Assembly: GCA_964593365.1 (NCBI GenBank)
Contig: CAZQGQ010000001.1
Coordinates: 244,585 to 308,584 of the forward strand
DNA: 64,000 nucleotides
Origin: an uncultured Candidatus Saccharibacteria bacterium
Lineage (GTDB): Bacteria > Patescibacteriota > Minisyncoccia > Phycocordibacterales > Phycocordibacteraceae
Direction: 5' to 3'
The translations under genes and the position numbers were made by a program. The notes beneath the pieces were generated by a model. The model ran no database searches, was not told the origin of the DNA, and was given only the letters and a program-made list of their open reading frames with translations. Every line of letters begins with the position of its first letter. Position 1 is the stretch's first letter. Below, piece by piece: positions 38,433-47,337 of the stretch.

Positions 38433-39178
38433 TGGAAAATGTCTCAATTTCCAATAATAAGGGTCAACAGCTCTCAGCGAATATGTATCCATCAAAGACA
38501 GCAACCCATAAACTTGCCATTCTCTGTCCAGGGTACTTAGACACCAAAGATTACGTGCATCTGGTGCGTCTTGCTGAGCAGCTTACAGGGCGTGGGTATA
38601 CAGTCGCTTCTTTTGATCCAACTGGTACCTGGGGAAGTGAAGGTTCTAATGAGGAGTATTTAACGTCTCAATACCTAGAAGACATTAAGAGTGTTCTCGA
38701 ATACATGCTTAGCCAGGCTCCTTACAGCAGTATTCTTTTAGGTGGCCATAGTCGAGGCGGCCAAGTCGCAATATTATATGCCGCACATGACCCACGTGTG
38801 ACGCAAATTCTAGCGATTATGCCTTCACATGGGCCAGTGGAGGGATCGCGCAGAGAAGAGTGGGAGAAAGAAGGGTTTAAAGACTCGGATAGAGACATTC
38901 CTGGAAGTACTGATCGTAAGTACTTCCATATTCCCTTCAAGCACGTATTAGACCGAGATCAATTTGATGCTCTTGGAGATATAAAGAAAATAAAAGCATC
39001 AATAATCCTTATTGCCGGCGAGCTCGACGACTTAGTCACTCCGGAGGAAGTACGACAGCTCTATGATGCGGCTAATCAGCCCAAGAAATATATGATACTA
39101 GAGGGGATTGGTCACGATTATCGTTTGAATTCAAAGGAAGTGGAAAGAGTGAATATAGCGATTCTTAAGGAGATTTAG
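38429..39178 (+). CDS. alpha/beta hydrolase
   Basis: Nucleophile elbow GGHSRGG, plus the C-terminal GHDYRL catalytic His region. It overlaps the NUDIX gene by 4 nt (ATGA). Confidence 0.7.
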   Translation: MMENVSISNNKGQQLSANMYPSKTATHKLAILCPGYLDTKDYVHLVRLAEQLTGRGYTVASFDPTGTWGSEGSNEEYLTSQYLEDIKSVLEYMLSQAPYSSILLGGHSRGGQVAILYAAHDPRVTQILAIMPSHGPVEGSRREEWEKEGFKDSDRDIPGSTDRKYFHIPFKHVLDRDQFDALGDIKKIKASIILIAGELDDLVTPEEVRQLYDAANQPKKYMILEGIGHDYRLNSKEVERVNIAILKEI

Positions 39179-39185
39179 CAAAAAA

Positions 39186-39213
39186 GGTTCCAACATCGTC
39201 CCAGACAGCCAGC
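39186..39213 (+). repeat. island repeat R3: GGTTCCAACATCGTCCCAGACAGCCAGC
   Basis: Identical to R1. It begins 8 nt after the TAG stop and is preceded by an A-run. Confidence 0.8.
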
Positions 39214-39250
39214 AAAACGAGAATAGATTGGAAATTGGTATACTGAGTCG

Positions 39251-39583
39251 ATGATGGAAGGTTTAAGACAAAAGATCGCACGTACCATGCCGGAAGGGCC
39301 CGACACAAAAGAAGTGCTAGCGCGTGTTGAGGAGATATCTGTTACGCTCCTTTATCCTATAAAAAAAGAAGAGAGAGAAGATGCGCGTGCGAAGCTTCTG
39401 GAAGCTCTTACGACAATGTCGCCTGAGGAACGCGCAAAGACGGCACGAGCGGTAAGCGCCATTGTGGAAACATTAGAGAAGAGCCCGTATAGGAATGTGG
39501 GGTTTAACGGATCTTTGATTCGAAGGCAGTTGGCAGACATAGGGCCAGTAGCAGAAGCTCTAAACGCTTCGAATCAGGAATAA
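39251..39583 (+). CDS. hypothetical 110-aa protein (AT-rich island gene 5)
   Basis: ORF with predicted helices. No recognisable motif. Confidence 0.4.
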   Translation: MMEGLRQKIARTMPEGPDTKEVLARVEEISVTLLYPIKKEEREDARAKLLEALTTMSPEERAKTARAVSAIVETLEKSPYRNVGFNGSLIRRQLADIGPVAEALNASNQE

Positions 39584-39594
39584 AAACCTACCCT

Positions 39595-39622
39595 GGTTCC
39601 AACATCGTCCCAAACAGCCAGA
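39595..39622 (+). repeat. island repeat R4: GGTTCCAACATCGTCCCAAACAGCCAGA
   Basis: 26 of 28 nt identical to R1. It begins 12 nt after the TAA stop. A terminator hairpin follows it. Confidence 0.75.
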
Positions 39623-39631
39623 CGTATAAAA

Positions 39632-39662
39632 TAAAAACACCCGCCGGAAGCGGGTGTTTTTA
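39632..39662. terminator. bidirectional rho-independent terminator (ACACCCGC-CGGAA-GCGGGTGT plus T-run)
   Basis: GC-rich hairpin between the island end and the convergent rpsA gene. A/T runs lie on both sides. Confidence 0.7.
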
Positions 39663-39672
39663 TGTCCAACTC

Positions 39673-40821
39673 TTACTTCTTTGCGTCCTTGCCGAGGAAG
39701 GAGAGCGTCATGCGCTGATCCTTTGGCTCGAAGACCTTGATAACAAACGGGTAAGTCTTACCAAGCTCAAGCACCTCTTTGAGTTCCTGTGGGGAAGCGA
39801 ACTCGCTGATGTGCACCAAGCCGGCAACGCCTTCCTCGATTGAGGCGAGGGCACCGTGCTTGTTGTACTTGATGATGACGCCTGAGATTTCCATACCCTT
39901 CTTGTAACGGTCAGACGCGGTCTTCCAAGGGTTTTCCTTGAGCGCCTTGATCGAAAGGGAAATCTTTCCGTCCTTGATCTCGATCACCTTCACCTCAACC
40001 TTGTCGCTTACCTTGAAGAGGGTGCGAGGATCCTCGACGAGTCCCCAATCAAGTTCAGAGATGTGCACGAGTCCTTCAAGGCCCTGCTCGAGTTTGACGA
40101 AGACGCCAAAGTCGACAGCTCCCGTGACTTCTCCCGTGACAACGTCACCAACCTGGTACTTGTCGATGAGTGAAGTCTTCTCCTCATCCTCTGAGCCAGT
40201 GCGCTCCGAGAAGATAAGCTTCGCTTCTTTTGGCTCTGCAGTGATGATGCGGACCGAAAGCACCTGTCCGACAAGCTTGCCGAGCTCCCCAAGGATCTTG
40301 TCCTTGTCTCCCTCAGGCACGCGCGGGTAGTGCTCCTTTGCAAGCTGGGAAGCAGGCAAGAAGCCCTTGATACCCTGCCACGTGAGGATGAGTCCTCCCT
40401 TGTTGGCTTCCTCGACCATAAGCGAGTACGTGGTCTGTCCGAGGATTGCCTGATCGGCTTCGCTCCAGATAGCAGCCTGGCGAGCCTCTTTCAACGAAAG
40501 CTCGATGTAGCCTTCGATGCCTGAGGGATCGACGACCTTTGCAGAGATAGTGTCTCCCGGGTTTGCCTTGCGGAGGATGTCAGCTGCGTTTAGGTACTCG
40601 CGTCCGTAGATGATACCTGTTCCAAATGGAGGCAGGTCAACATAGAGGCGTCCGCGCGAAAGCGCGATGATGGTTCCTTCGATGAGGTCTCCGGCAGACG
40701 GAGGCGTCATGATCGAATCCACCAGATTTGCCATCGGGTGTCCTTCTTCAAACGAAACAGTTACTGGAATAGGCGACGTCTTCTTCTCGTCCGTTGCGAC
40801 AACGGCAGTATCTTCACTCAT
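39673..40821 (-). CDS. rpsA: 30S ribosomal protein S1 (four S1 domains, short form)
   Basis: Repeated S1 OB-fold modules, for example GDVVTGEVTGAVDFGVFVKLEQGLEGLVHISEL. Confidence 0.8.
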   Translation of the reverse strand: MSEDTAVVATDEKKTSPIPVTVSFEEGHPMANLVDSIMTPPSAGDLIEGTIIALSRGRLYVDLPPFGTGIIYGREYLNAADILRKANPGDTISAKVVDPSGIEGYIELSLKEARQAAIWSEADQAILGQTTYSLMVEEANKGGLILTWQGIKGFLPASQLAKEHYPRVPEGDKDKILGELGKLVGQVLSVRIITAEPKEAKLIFSERTGSEDEEKTSLIDKYQVGDVVTGEVTGAVDFGVFVKLEQGLEGLVHISELDWGLVEDPRTLFKVSDKVEVKVIEIKDGKISLSIKALKENPWKTASDRYKKGMEISGVIIKYNKHGALASIEEGVAGLVHISEFASPQELKEVLELGKTYPFVIKVFEPKDQRMTLSFLGKDAKK

Positions 40822-41021
40822 GAATGTAATTGAATCGAGAGCGTCTGCGTCGCGGGTTCATCGCACCTTGCGGCTTGATGGGTTAGCCCGCTTACGCCTT
40901 ATGCACGCGCTCGCGATAGGGGGAATATAGCCTAGAACCCTGTAATTAACAAGACTCACCCGAGGTGAGCCTTTATCAATTTGGTGTACAGAAAGAGGAA
41001 TCAATAACGCAGTAAAAGGGT

Positions 41022-41079
41022 AGGGGTTGCGTGGTAAGTCGAATCAGTAGATTGAAACGACTTAGCTTTACGCAACCCC
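41022..41079 (+). other. long imperfect hairpin in the rpsA upstream / SRP-RNA upstream region
   Basis: GGGGTTGCGT..TAAGTCG-loop-CGACTTA..ACGCAACCCC, about 20 paired positions. Confidence 0.4.
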
Positions 41080-41234
41080 CGGATCCTAAGACCCTTTGGT
41101 ACTCAGTAGACAAACGCGCGTCCCGGCTAGGCTGGGTGTGCGTGCAGGTAGGCTGAGATAGTCGTCGGTGGGCCTGTACTCTTCGAAGTCATCGGCGTTC
41201 CTTCTCGGTTGCCGAAAGTGAGAGGTGTGAATTC

Positions 41235-41345
41235 GGAAAAGGCCTTTCGAACCGATTCCGAGCGTCAGCCAGGTCCCGCTGGAAGCAGCTTTCCAACTGC
41301 AACTGACACTTGCAGTGTACCGTCCATTCTCGTGATCCACTAAGG
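41235..41345 (+). ncRNA. ffs: probable SRP RNA (ffs); boundaries approximate
   Basis: The domain IV motif is conserved: GTCAGCCAGGTCC-CGCT-GGAAGCAGC versus the canonical GTCAGGTCC-GGAA-GGAAGCAGC. It sits in a 550-nt ORF-free gap. The apical tetraloop is CGCU rather than GNRA. Confidence 0.45.
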
Positions 41346-41373
41346 GGATAAATACCAAAAGTAGTGGTAGAAT

Positions 41374-42024
41374 ATGAGGAATATGGTCATTACCCACCAC
41401 GGCGGCCAGTGCTTCAAGGTCACGTTCGGAGACATCACCCTCGCCTTCGATCCCATCTCAAAAGGAGGCACCTTGCCTTCGGTCAAATTCGGCGCGGACA
41501 TCGCACTTGTGTCCCGGAATCACCCCGATACCAATGGCGTTGCTGAAGTAACCTACGGAGAAAAGGAGCCCTTTGCGATCACGGGCCCTGGCGAATACGA
41601 ATATCAGGGAGTCACGGTGCGCGGATTTCTTTCCAAGAGCGAATACGGACTCAAGAAAGGAGAGAAGGAGGCGATGAATACCATCTATGCGGTTCGCCTC
41701 GAGGGCATGACCCTGGTTCACCTCGGCGCCCTTTCAGATGCAGCTCTCTCTGCTGAAGCCAAAGAGGGAATCGATGAGATCGATGTCTTGTTTGTCCCTG
41801 TTGGAGGGGACGGGGTACTCGATGCCGCTGAGGCAGCCAAGCTCGCGACCATCCTCGAGCCCCGAATCATCATCCCTATGCACTGGAGCGGGATGGGGGA
41901 GGCAAAGGCTCTCGATGCCTATCTAAAGGAGGAGGGCGGGGCTAAGGAGAAAACCGACAAGTTGACCCTCAAGAAAAAAGATGCGCTTGACAAAGATGGT
42001 GATATAATTGTGATAACACCCTAA
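41374..42024 (+). CDS. MBL-fold metal-dependent hydrolase (UPF0173-like)
   Basis: ITHHGGQCFKV...GADIALVSRNHPDT...VLFVPVGGDG...IIIPMHW is the pattern of a beta-lactamase-fold hydrolase. Confidence 0.75.
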   Translation: MRNMVITHHGGQCFKVTFGDITLAFDPISKGGTLPSVKFGADIALVSRNHPDTNGVAEVTYGEKEPFAITGPGEYEYQGVTVRGFLSKSEYGLKKGEKEAMNTIYAVRLEGMTLVHLGALSDAALSAEAKEGIDEIDVLFVPVGGDGVLDAAEAAKLATILEPRIIIPMHWSGMGEAKALDAYLKEEGGAKEKTDKLTLKKKDALDKDGDIIVITP

Positions 42025-42027
42025 CCT

Positions 42028-42390
42028 ATGCCACTACGACGCGTACGAGACTATGTAGAGAACTTGAAGGCCAAGCCGACTCATGTCCGGGAGCGTGCCG
42101 CGCTAGGCGCCTCTGCTGCCATCACTGCAGTCATCGCTATCGGATGGCTCGTCGCCCTTTCTACCTCAGGAACGCTCGCGCTTGGCCCAGCCGGCACTCC
42201 GGCAAGCAAGCAGCTTGCAAAGACCAGCCAGGAATCGCAGAAGGATTTCTCCAATCTCCTTGGAGCGGCGGGAGCCTTCCAAAACAACATGTCAGCAGGC
42301 CAGGGCTCGATCACCGTCGTTGAGACAAACACCTCCTCAACGCTCGAACAGGAAGACATGGTCGGCGAACAGACCGTCATACCGTTTTAA
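42028..42390 (+). CDS. hypothetical membrane-anchored protein
   Basis: 120 aa with one TM (AITAVIAIGWLVAL) followed by a low-complexity Ser/Thr/Gly tail. Confidence 0.4.
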   Translation: MPLRRVRDYVENLKAKPTHVRERAALGASAAITAVIAIGWLVALSTSGTLALGPAGTPASKQLAKTSQESQKDFSNLLGAAGAFQNNMSAGQGSITVVETNTSSTLEQEDMVGEQTVIPF

Positions 42391-42407
42391 GACCGTTCTA
42401 GATTTTC

Positions 42408-44882
42408 ATGCCAAAGAAGAAAGACGAGCCAGTGGATCCTGCCGTTCCCGTAAGCGCGGCAAACGTCATATCCCAGTCGATCACGACTGAGATGCGCCAG
42501 TCGTACATCGACTACGCGATGACGGTCATCACGTCACGCGCATTGCCTGACATCCGCGACGGCTTGAAGCCCGTGCACCGCCGCATCCTCTACGCGATGC
42601 GCCAGACAGGACTCACTCCTACTGCAAAGTTCCGAAAGTCAGCGACAGTGGTCGGAGAGGTGCTCGGTTCCTACCACCCGCACGGCGACACGTCCGTCTA
42701 TGACGCGATGGTAAAGCTCGCGCAGGATTTTGCGACCCGCTATCCGCTTGTGACCGGCCAGGGAAACTTCGGCTCAATCGACGGAGACCCGCCAGCTGCA
42801 TACCGCTATACGGAGGCAAAGATGTCTCGCCTTGCAGACGAGATGCTCCGCGACCTTGAGAAGGAAACCGTGCTCTGGGCTCCGAACTTCGACGGCTCCA
42901 AGCAAGAACCGACCGTGCTCCCGGCAGCCGCTCCGAACCTTCTTTTGAACGGAACGTTGGGCATTGCCGTTGGTATGGCAACGAACATTCCTCCGCATAA
43001 CTTGCGAGAGGTAGTTGATGCGACGACGCACCTGATTGATAACTCGGACGCAACGACCGAAGACCTTTTGAAATTCGTGCAGGGACCCGATTTCCCGCTT
43101 GGAGGACTCGCCTTCAACCAGACTGATATCAAGCACGCGTACCTTACCGGCAAGGGAGGAGTCGTCACACGCGGCGTCGCAGAAATTATCGAGGATAAGA
43201 AGGGAAGCTCGATCATCATCACCTCCATTCCCTTCCGCGTTAACAAAGCAGACCTTATTACGCGTATCGCAGACCTGGTCCGCGACAAGAAGCTTGAGGG
43301 CATCAAGGATCTTCGCGACGAGTCAGCCGAAGACATCCGCGTTGTCGTTGAGTTGAAGGGCACTGCGCATCCGCAGGTGGTATTGAACGCTCTCTATAAG
43401 CACACGGAGCTTGAGACGACCTTCCACTACAACATGCTCGCGCTTGTCGACGGGGTACCGCAGACTCTTTCCCTGAAAGCATTCCTCGAGCACTTCATCG
43501 AGCACCGCCGCGAGGTGGTGAAGCGCCGCACCGAATACGATCTTCGCAAGGCCGAAGAACGCGAGCATATCCTTTTGGGACTCTCCAAGGCGCTCGATCA
43601 TATCGATGAGGTGATCGCGGTCATTAAGAAGGCGCCGGACGTAGGATCCGCGTCGCTTGCGCTCCAGAAGAAGTTCGCATTCTCCGACCGCCAGGCAGCG
43701 GCCATCCTCGCTATGCGCCTCCAGACGTTGGCTGGTCTTGAGCGGAAGAAGATCGAGGATGAGCTTACGGAAGTACAGGAACTCATAAAGCAGCTTAAGA
43801 AGATTCTCTCCTCAGCCAAGAGCATTCTTGCGGTCGTTCGCGACGAGCTCGTGCAGCTTCGCGATAAGTACGGAGACGATCGCCGCACGAAGATCATCAA
43901 GGGCGGAGTGAAGAACATCTCACTCGAAGACATGGTTCCTGATGATGAGTCGGTCTTGGTGCTCACCCAGGGCGGGTACGTGAAGCGAACGAACCCGAAC
44001 GAGTACAAGGCGCAGAAGCGCGGAGGCATTGGCGTCATTGATATGTCTACCAAGGAAGAAGATGTAGTCACGCATTTCTTGGTGGCCTCAGCGCACTCCG
44101 ATCTCTTGTTCTTCACTGACTACGGCAAGGCGTATCAGGTGAAGATGTACGACATTCCTGAAGGGCGCCGCGCAACCAAGGGCAAGTCGATCATGAACTT
44201 CCTCCCGCTTGCAGGGGACGAGAAGGTCACGTCCGTGCTTGCTGTTCCTAAGGGCGCCGCACGCGAGGCGATGTCCGTATTTTTCGTAACGTTGGAAGGA
44301 ATCGTAAAGAAGGTCGCAGCCGCAAGCTTCGCAGATGTTCGCCGCTCAGGAATCATCGCTATCAGCTTGAAGGGCAAGGACAGGCTTGTCACCGCAAACC
44401 TAGCTCAAGATGGAGACAGTGTTTCTATAGTTACGTCGAAAGGCCAGTCGATCCGGTTCGATGAGGCAGATGTGCGCGCCATGGGCCGAACTGCAGCAGG
44501 CGTTCGCGGCATGACGGTCAAGAAGGGAGATCAAGTGGTTTCTGCAGAAGTCGTTCCCGCAGCCGAGAAGAAAGCATCGCTCCTCATCATCATGGGCAAG
44601 GGATACGGCAAGCAGACCTCGATGGATGAATACAAGATCCAGGGACGCGGAGGCTCGGGTATCAAGACTGCGGAAGTCACCGCGAAGACCGGAGAGATCA
44701 TCGGCGCGAAGGTTCTGATTGGAGCAAACGAGCTTGAAGAAGAGATTGTGGTCATTTCAAAGAAAGGACAGGTTATCCGCTGCTCATCTGGGGAGATTCC
44801 TTCATTGTCGCGAGCAACGCAGGGCGTGCGGATCATGAAGATGCGCGAAGGGGACTCAATCGCATCGATGGTTGCGCTCTAG
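42408..44882 (+). CDS. gyrA: DNA gyrase subunit A
   Basis: [31 protein letters not shown], with active-site Tyr in the AAMRYTE-type block (YRYTEAKMS). GyrA-box-like KRGGIGV and six C-terminal beta-pinwheel repeats. Confidence 0.95.
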   Translation: MPKKKDEPVDPAVPVSAANVISQSITTEMRQSYIDYAMTVITSRALPDIRDGLKPVHRRILYAMRQTGLTPTAKFRKSATVVGEVLGSYHPHGDTSVYDAMVKLAQDFATRYPLVTGQGNFGSIDGDPPAAYRYTEAKMSRLADEMLRDLEKETVLWAPNFDGSKQEPTVLPAAAPNLLLNGTLGIAVGMATNIPPHNLREVVDATTHLIDNSDATTEDLLKFVQGPDFPLGGLAFNQTDIKHAYLTGKGGVVTRGVAEIIEDKKGSSIIITSIPFRVNKADLITRIADLVRDKKLEGIKDLRDESAEDIRVVVELKGTAHPQVVLNALYKHTELETTFHYNMLALVDGVPQTLSLKAFLEHFIEHRREVVKRRTEYDLRKAEEREHILLGLSKALDHIDEVIAVIKKAPDVGSASLALQKKFAFSDRQAAAILAMRLQTLAGLERKKIEDELTEVQELIKQLKKILSSAKSILAVVRDELVQLRDKYGDDRRTKIIKGGVKNISLEDMVPDDESVLVLTQGGYVKRTNPNEYKAQKRGGIGVIDMSTKEEDVVTHFLVASAHSDLLFFTDYGKAYQVKMYDIPEGRRATKGKSIMNFLPLAGDEKVTSVLAVPKGAAREAMSVFFVTLEGIVKKVAAASFADVRRSGIIAISLKGKDRLVTANLAQDGDSVSIVTSKGQSIRFDEADVRAMGRTAAGVRGMTVKKGDQVVSAEVVPAAEKKASLLIIMGKGYGKQTSMDEYKIQGRGGSGIKTAEVTAKTGEIIGAKVLIGANELEEEIVVISKKGQVIRCSSGEIPSLSRATQGVRIMKMREGDSIASMVAL

Positions 44883-44897
44883 CCCCACATCAGGAAC

Positions 44898-45383
44898 ATG
44901 GAAGCCTGGCTCGATTTTGCGATTCTCGGCCTAGCAGCGCTTCTTCTTTTTATCGTCTGTGCGTTCCTTGAGAAAAGATCTTCTGATGCCCTTCGCCTTC
45001 TGCTGATAAGCATCCCGACTGGCATAGTGCTTGGGTTGGTCTCTGACGTTGCGTTATGGGGAGCGTACACGTATCCGCTTGGATACGGATTGTTTTATTT
45101 GGTCCTTAATGCCGCCGTCGTATACGGATTGTTTGTAGCTACGGTATTACTTTTACAACGAGTTCGGTTACTGCGTTTTTGCATCTGGGTTATGGCACTG
45201 GTGGTTGTGTATGAAATCACCAACTATTACTTTCTCGTATGGACTTATGAAGTCACACCGTTTCTCGGTTGGCTCTCCTTTGTCATCCTAGGTTATTTCG
45301 CGACCGCAGTGTTTGTTGCCGTCGTAGCTCACGTATTTTGCGGATATAAGTTTCAATTTATCGATGATTTAATCAGGAAATAG
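44898..45383 (+). CDS. hypothetical 5-TM membrane protein
   Basis: Hydrophobic 161-aa ORF immediately after gyrA. Confidence 0.5.
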   Translation: MEAWLDFAILGLAALLLFIVCAFLEKRSSDALRLLLISIPTGIVLGLVSDVALWGAYTYPLGYGLFYLVLNAAVVYGLFVATVLLLQRVRLLRFCIWVMALVVVYEITNYYFLVWTYEVTPFLGWLSFVILGYFATAVFVAVVAHVFCGYKFQFIDDLIRK

Positions 45384-45424
45384 CTTATTTCTTAAGGTTC
45401 CAATCTCTTCAGGCAGCTAACGAA

Positions 45425-45883
45425 TTACATAGCTGCACCGCGAGCTTCCTTGAAGACGATCATCTCGTCGCCCATCGCTTCAAGCTCTTCTTCGGGAATC
45501 TCTTTCTCAACTGTTGGAAGCAGCTCAGTCTCTTCCTCTTCTACATGGTGTCGGATCTGTTCCATGAGCACTTTTACACTCGCATCGAATTCCGGCTGGT
45601 CCGGCTGCAGTGACTTAAGATCGCTCAAGAGCTTCTTGGCTCCTGCGTGCTCGACATATGCCTCTTCCACCATCTTGTCGTCTTCCTTATTAAAAGCTTC
45701 TAGGAAGCGCGGGTAGCAGAGCAGTTCTTCCATCTCGGCATGGATCGTAAGTTCATTGATAATCTGGTCTACCACCTTGCGCTTGGTCGCAACTGCACCA
45801 TCTCCCAACCCCTCGTATTCTTTAAAGAGTCCCTCGACCGTCTTATGGTCCTTCTTGATGATGGCAACTGGGTTATTTGTCAT
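45425..45883 (-). CDS. hemerythrin-like (HHE cation-binding) domain protein
   Basis: His/Glu ligand spacing DHK...HAEMEE...EHAGAK...HHVEEEE. The start was set at MTNNPVAII. Confidence 0.7.
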   Translation of the reverse strand: MTNNPVAIIKKDHKTVEGLFKEYEGLGDGAVATKRKVVDQIINELTIHAEMEELLCYPRFLEAFNKEDDKMVEEAYVEHAGAKKLLSDLKSLQPDQPEFDASVKVLMEQIRHHVEEEETELLPTVEKEIPEEELEAMGDEMIVFKEARGAAM

Positions 45884-45997
45884 TGAATGTGGCTGAAAGT
45901 GATAATCGCAAGCCTGCACCTTACCCCTGCATTCATGAATGCTGAATGAACCACGCTGCGCCTGAGCTAATTATCTGATGCGGTATACTTAGGGTAT

Positions 45998-46336
45998 ATG
46001 AAATACTTCGTTACCTACCAAATGCCACATACCGGACTTGATGAGTGGATGAAAATGCCCGAAGCCGACCGCAAGGCCCAGGAAGTAGAGATGCAGTCGC
46101 AGTGGGGCGCATGGATGGCAGCGCATACAGGAGTCGTCACTGAAACGGCTGGCGTTGGCAAACCAAAGCGCATTACCTCAAGCGGCATCGAGGACTCTCG
46201 AAACGACATCATGATGTACTCGTTCGTCGAGGCAGAATCCCAGGAAGCTGCAGCAGACCTATTCAAGAACCATCCTCACTTCGGTATCCCGGGCGCATGG
46301 ATAGAAGTGATGGCGGTAAACAACGACATCAGCTAG
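45998..46336 (+). CDS. hypothetical 112-aa protein
   Basis: ORF with an RBS-like upstream sequence. No recognised motif. Confidence 0.4.
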   Translation: MKYFVTYQMPHTGLDEWMKMPEADRKAQEVEMQSQWGAWMAAHTGVVTETAGVGKPKRITSSGIEDSRNDIMMYSFVEAESQEAAADLFKNHPHFGIPGAWIEVMAVNNDIS

Positions 46337-46340
46337 AGCG

Positions 46341-46754
46341 ATGAAAGGATTCGTAACGAACATAGAGCAGGAGACCCTGGAGAACGACGACTTCCGTCGC
46401 GTCCTCTATACCGCTGAGAACTGCCAGCTCGTGGTCATGTCCATTGCTGCGGGAGAGGAGATTGGGGCAGAAGTGCATGATGTGGACCAGTTCATCCGTA
46501 TTGAAGAAGGGACAGGACAGTGTGTCTTGAATGATGTCGAACGCGAGCTCACCGACGGATCAGTCATAGTGGTTCCAGCTGGCGTTCGCCACAACATCAT
46601 CAACACGTCGACAAGCGACGCGATGAAGCTCTATACCTTGTATTCCCCTCCGCATCACGAAGACGGCGTCGTGCATAAGACGAAGGCGGATGCCATGAAA
46701 GACGACGAGGAGTTCGACGGGGAAACCACTGACGACTTATCTAGCGTGAAGTAA
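46341..46754 (+). CDS. cupin-domain protein
   Basis: The two cupin motifs: G(x)5H-type EIGAEVHDVDQFIRIEEGTG, then VVVPAGVRHNIINTS. Confidence 0.7.
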   Translation: MKGFVTNIEQETLENDDFRRVLYTAENCQLVVMSIAAGEEIGAEVHDVDQFIRIEEGTGQCVLNDVERELTDGSVIVVPAGVRHNIINTSTSDAMKLYTLYSPPHHEDGVVHKTKADAMKDDEEFDGETTDDLSSVK

Positions 46755-46787
46755 GGAAGAGGCGCGGATCCGTGGTATTTTTACTGC

Positions 46788-47318
46788 ATGAACTTCTCCG
46801 ATCCGCTCCACAACATCCTTCGCATGGGACTGAAGGAGGGAATGAAGGTTGCTGATCTTGGGACGGGGTCAGGACACTACGCGATTTCGGCAGGACATAT
46901 CGTTGGGCCTACTGGCCGCGTGTACGCCGTTGATATCCAGGAAGATATCCTGACGCGCCTCACTGCGGAAGCTAAGGTGCGCGGCCTTACTAATATAGAG
47001 ACGATCTGGGCTGACTTTGAACACCTCGAAGGAACGACGCTTCGACCGCGCGTCTTGGACGCGGTCGTGCTTTCAAATACGCTATTCCAGCTTGAGAAGA
47101 AAGAAGGCGCGCTCGCTGAAATCAAGCGCATCTTGAAGCCTGGAGGGAAGCTACTCGTGGTTGACTGGATGGAATCCTTCGGAGGTATCGGTCCGCATAA
47201 GGAGCATGTCGTTCCGGAAGCCGAAGCCGAAGCGCTCTTTATCAAGGCAGGCTTCACGAAGCTGAAAGCGTTCCTTGGAGGCCCGTACCATTATTCTCTT
47301 TTGTTTGAAGCACCCTAA
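46788..47318 (+). CDS. class I SAM-dependent methyltransferase
   Basis: Motif I VADLGTGSGHYA, motif post-I VYAVDIQ, motif II/III region ILKPGGKLLVVDW. Confidence 0.75.
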   Translation: MNFSDPLHNILRMGLKEGMKVADLGTGSGHYAISAGHIVGPTGRVYAVDIQEDILTRLTAEAKVRGLTNIETIWADFEHLEGTTLRPRVLDAVVLSNTLFQLEKKEGALAEIKRILKPGGKLLVVDWMESFGGIGPHKEHVVPEAEAEALFIKAGFTKLKAFLGGPYHYSLLFEAP

Positions 47319-47337
47319 GCGTATTAGAATACGAACT

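Noticed and set aside
37229-39622. The 28-bp repeats as a CRISPR array
   Set aside because: Spacing between copies is about 600 to 1350 bp and contains full-length genes. No cas genes are present, so this is not a CRISPR architecture.
36575-39662. A classical integron
   Set aside because: No intI-type tyrosine recombinase or attI/Pc region is visible in the window. The repeats also lack the clear RYYYAAC...GTTRRRY imperfect inverted-repeat structure of attC sites. The idea is kept only as a hypothesis in the findings.
40822-41373. Possible tmRNA (ssrA) in the large ORF-free gap
   Set aside because: On neither strand could I find the tRNA-like 3' end (T-arm GGTTCGAATCC-type followed by an alanine-acceptor CCA), nor a tag-peptide reading frame ending in ALAA-like residues. 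The SRP-like motif explains part of the gap instead.
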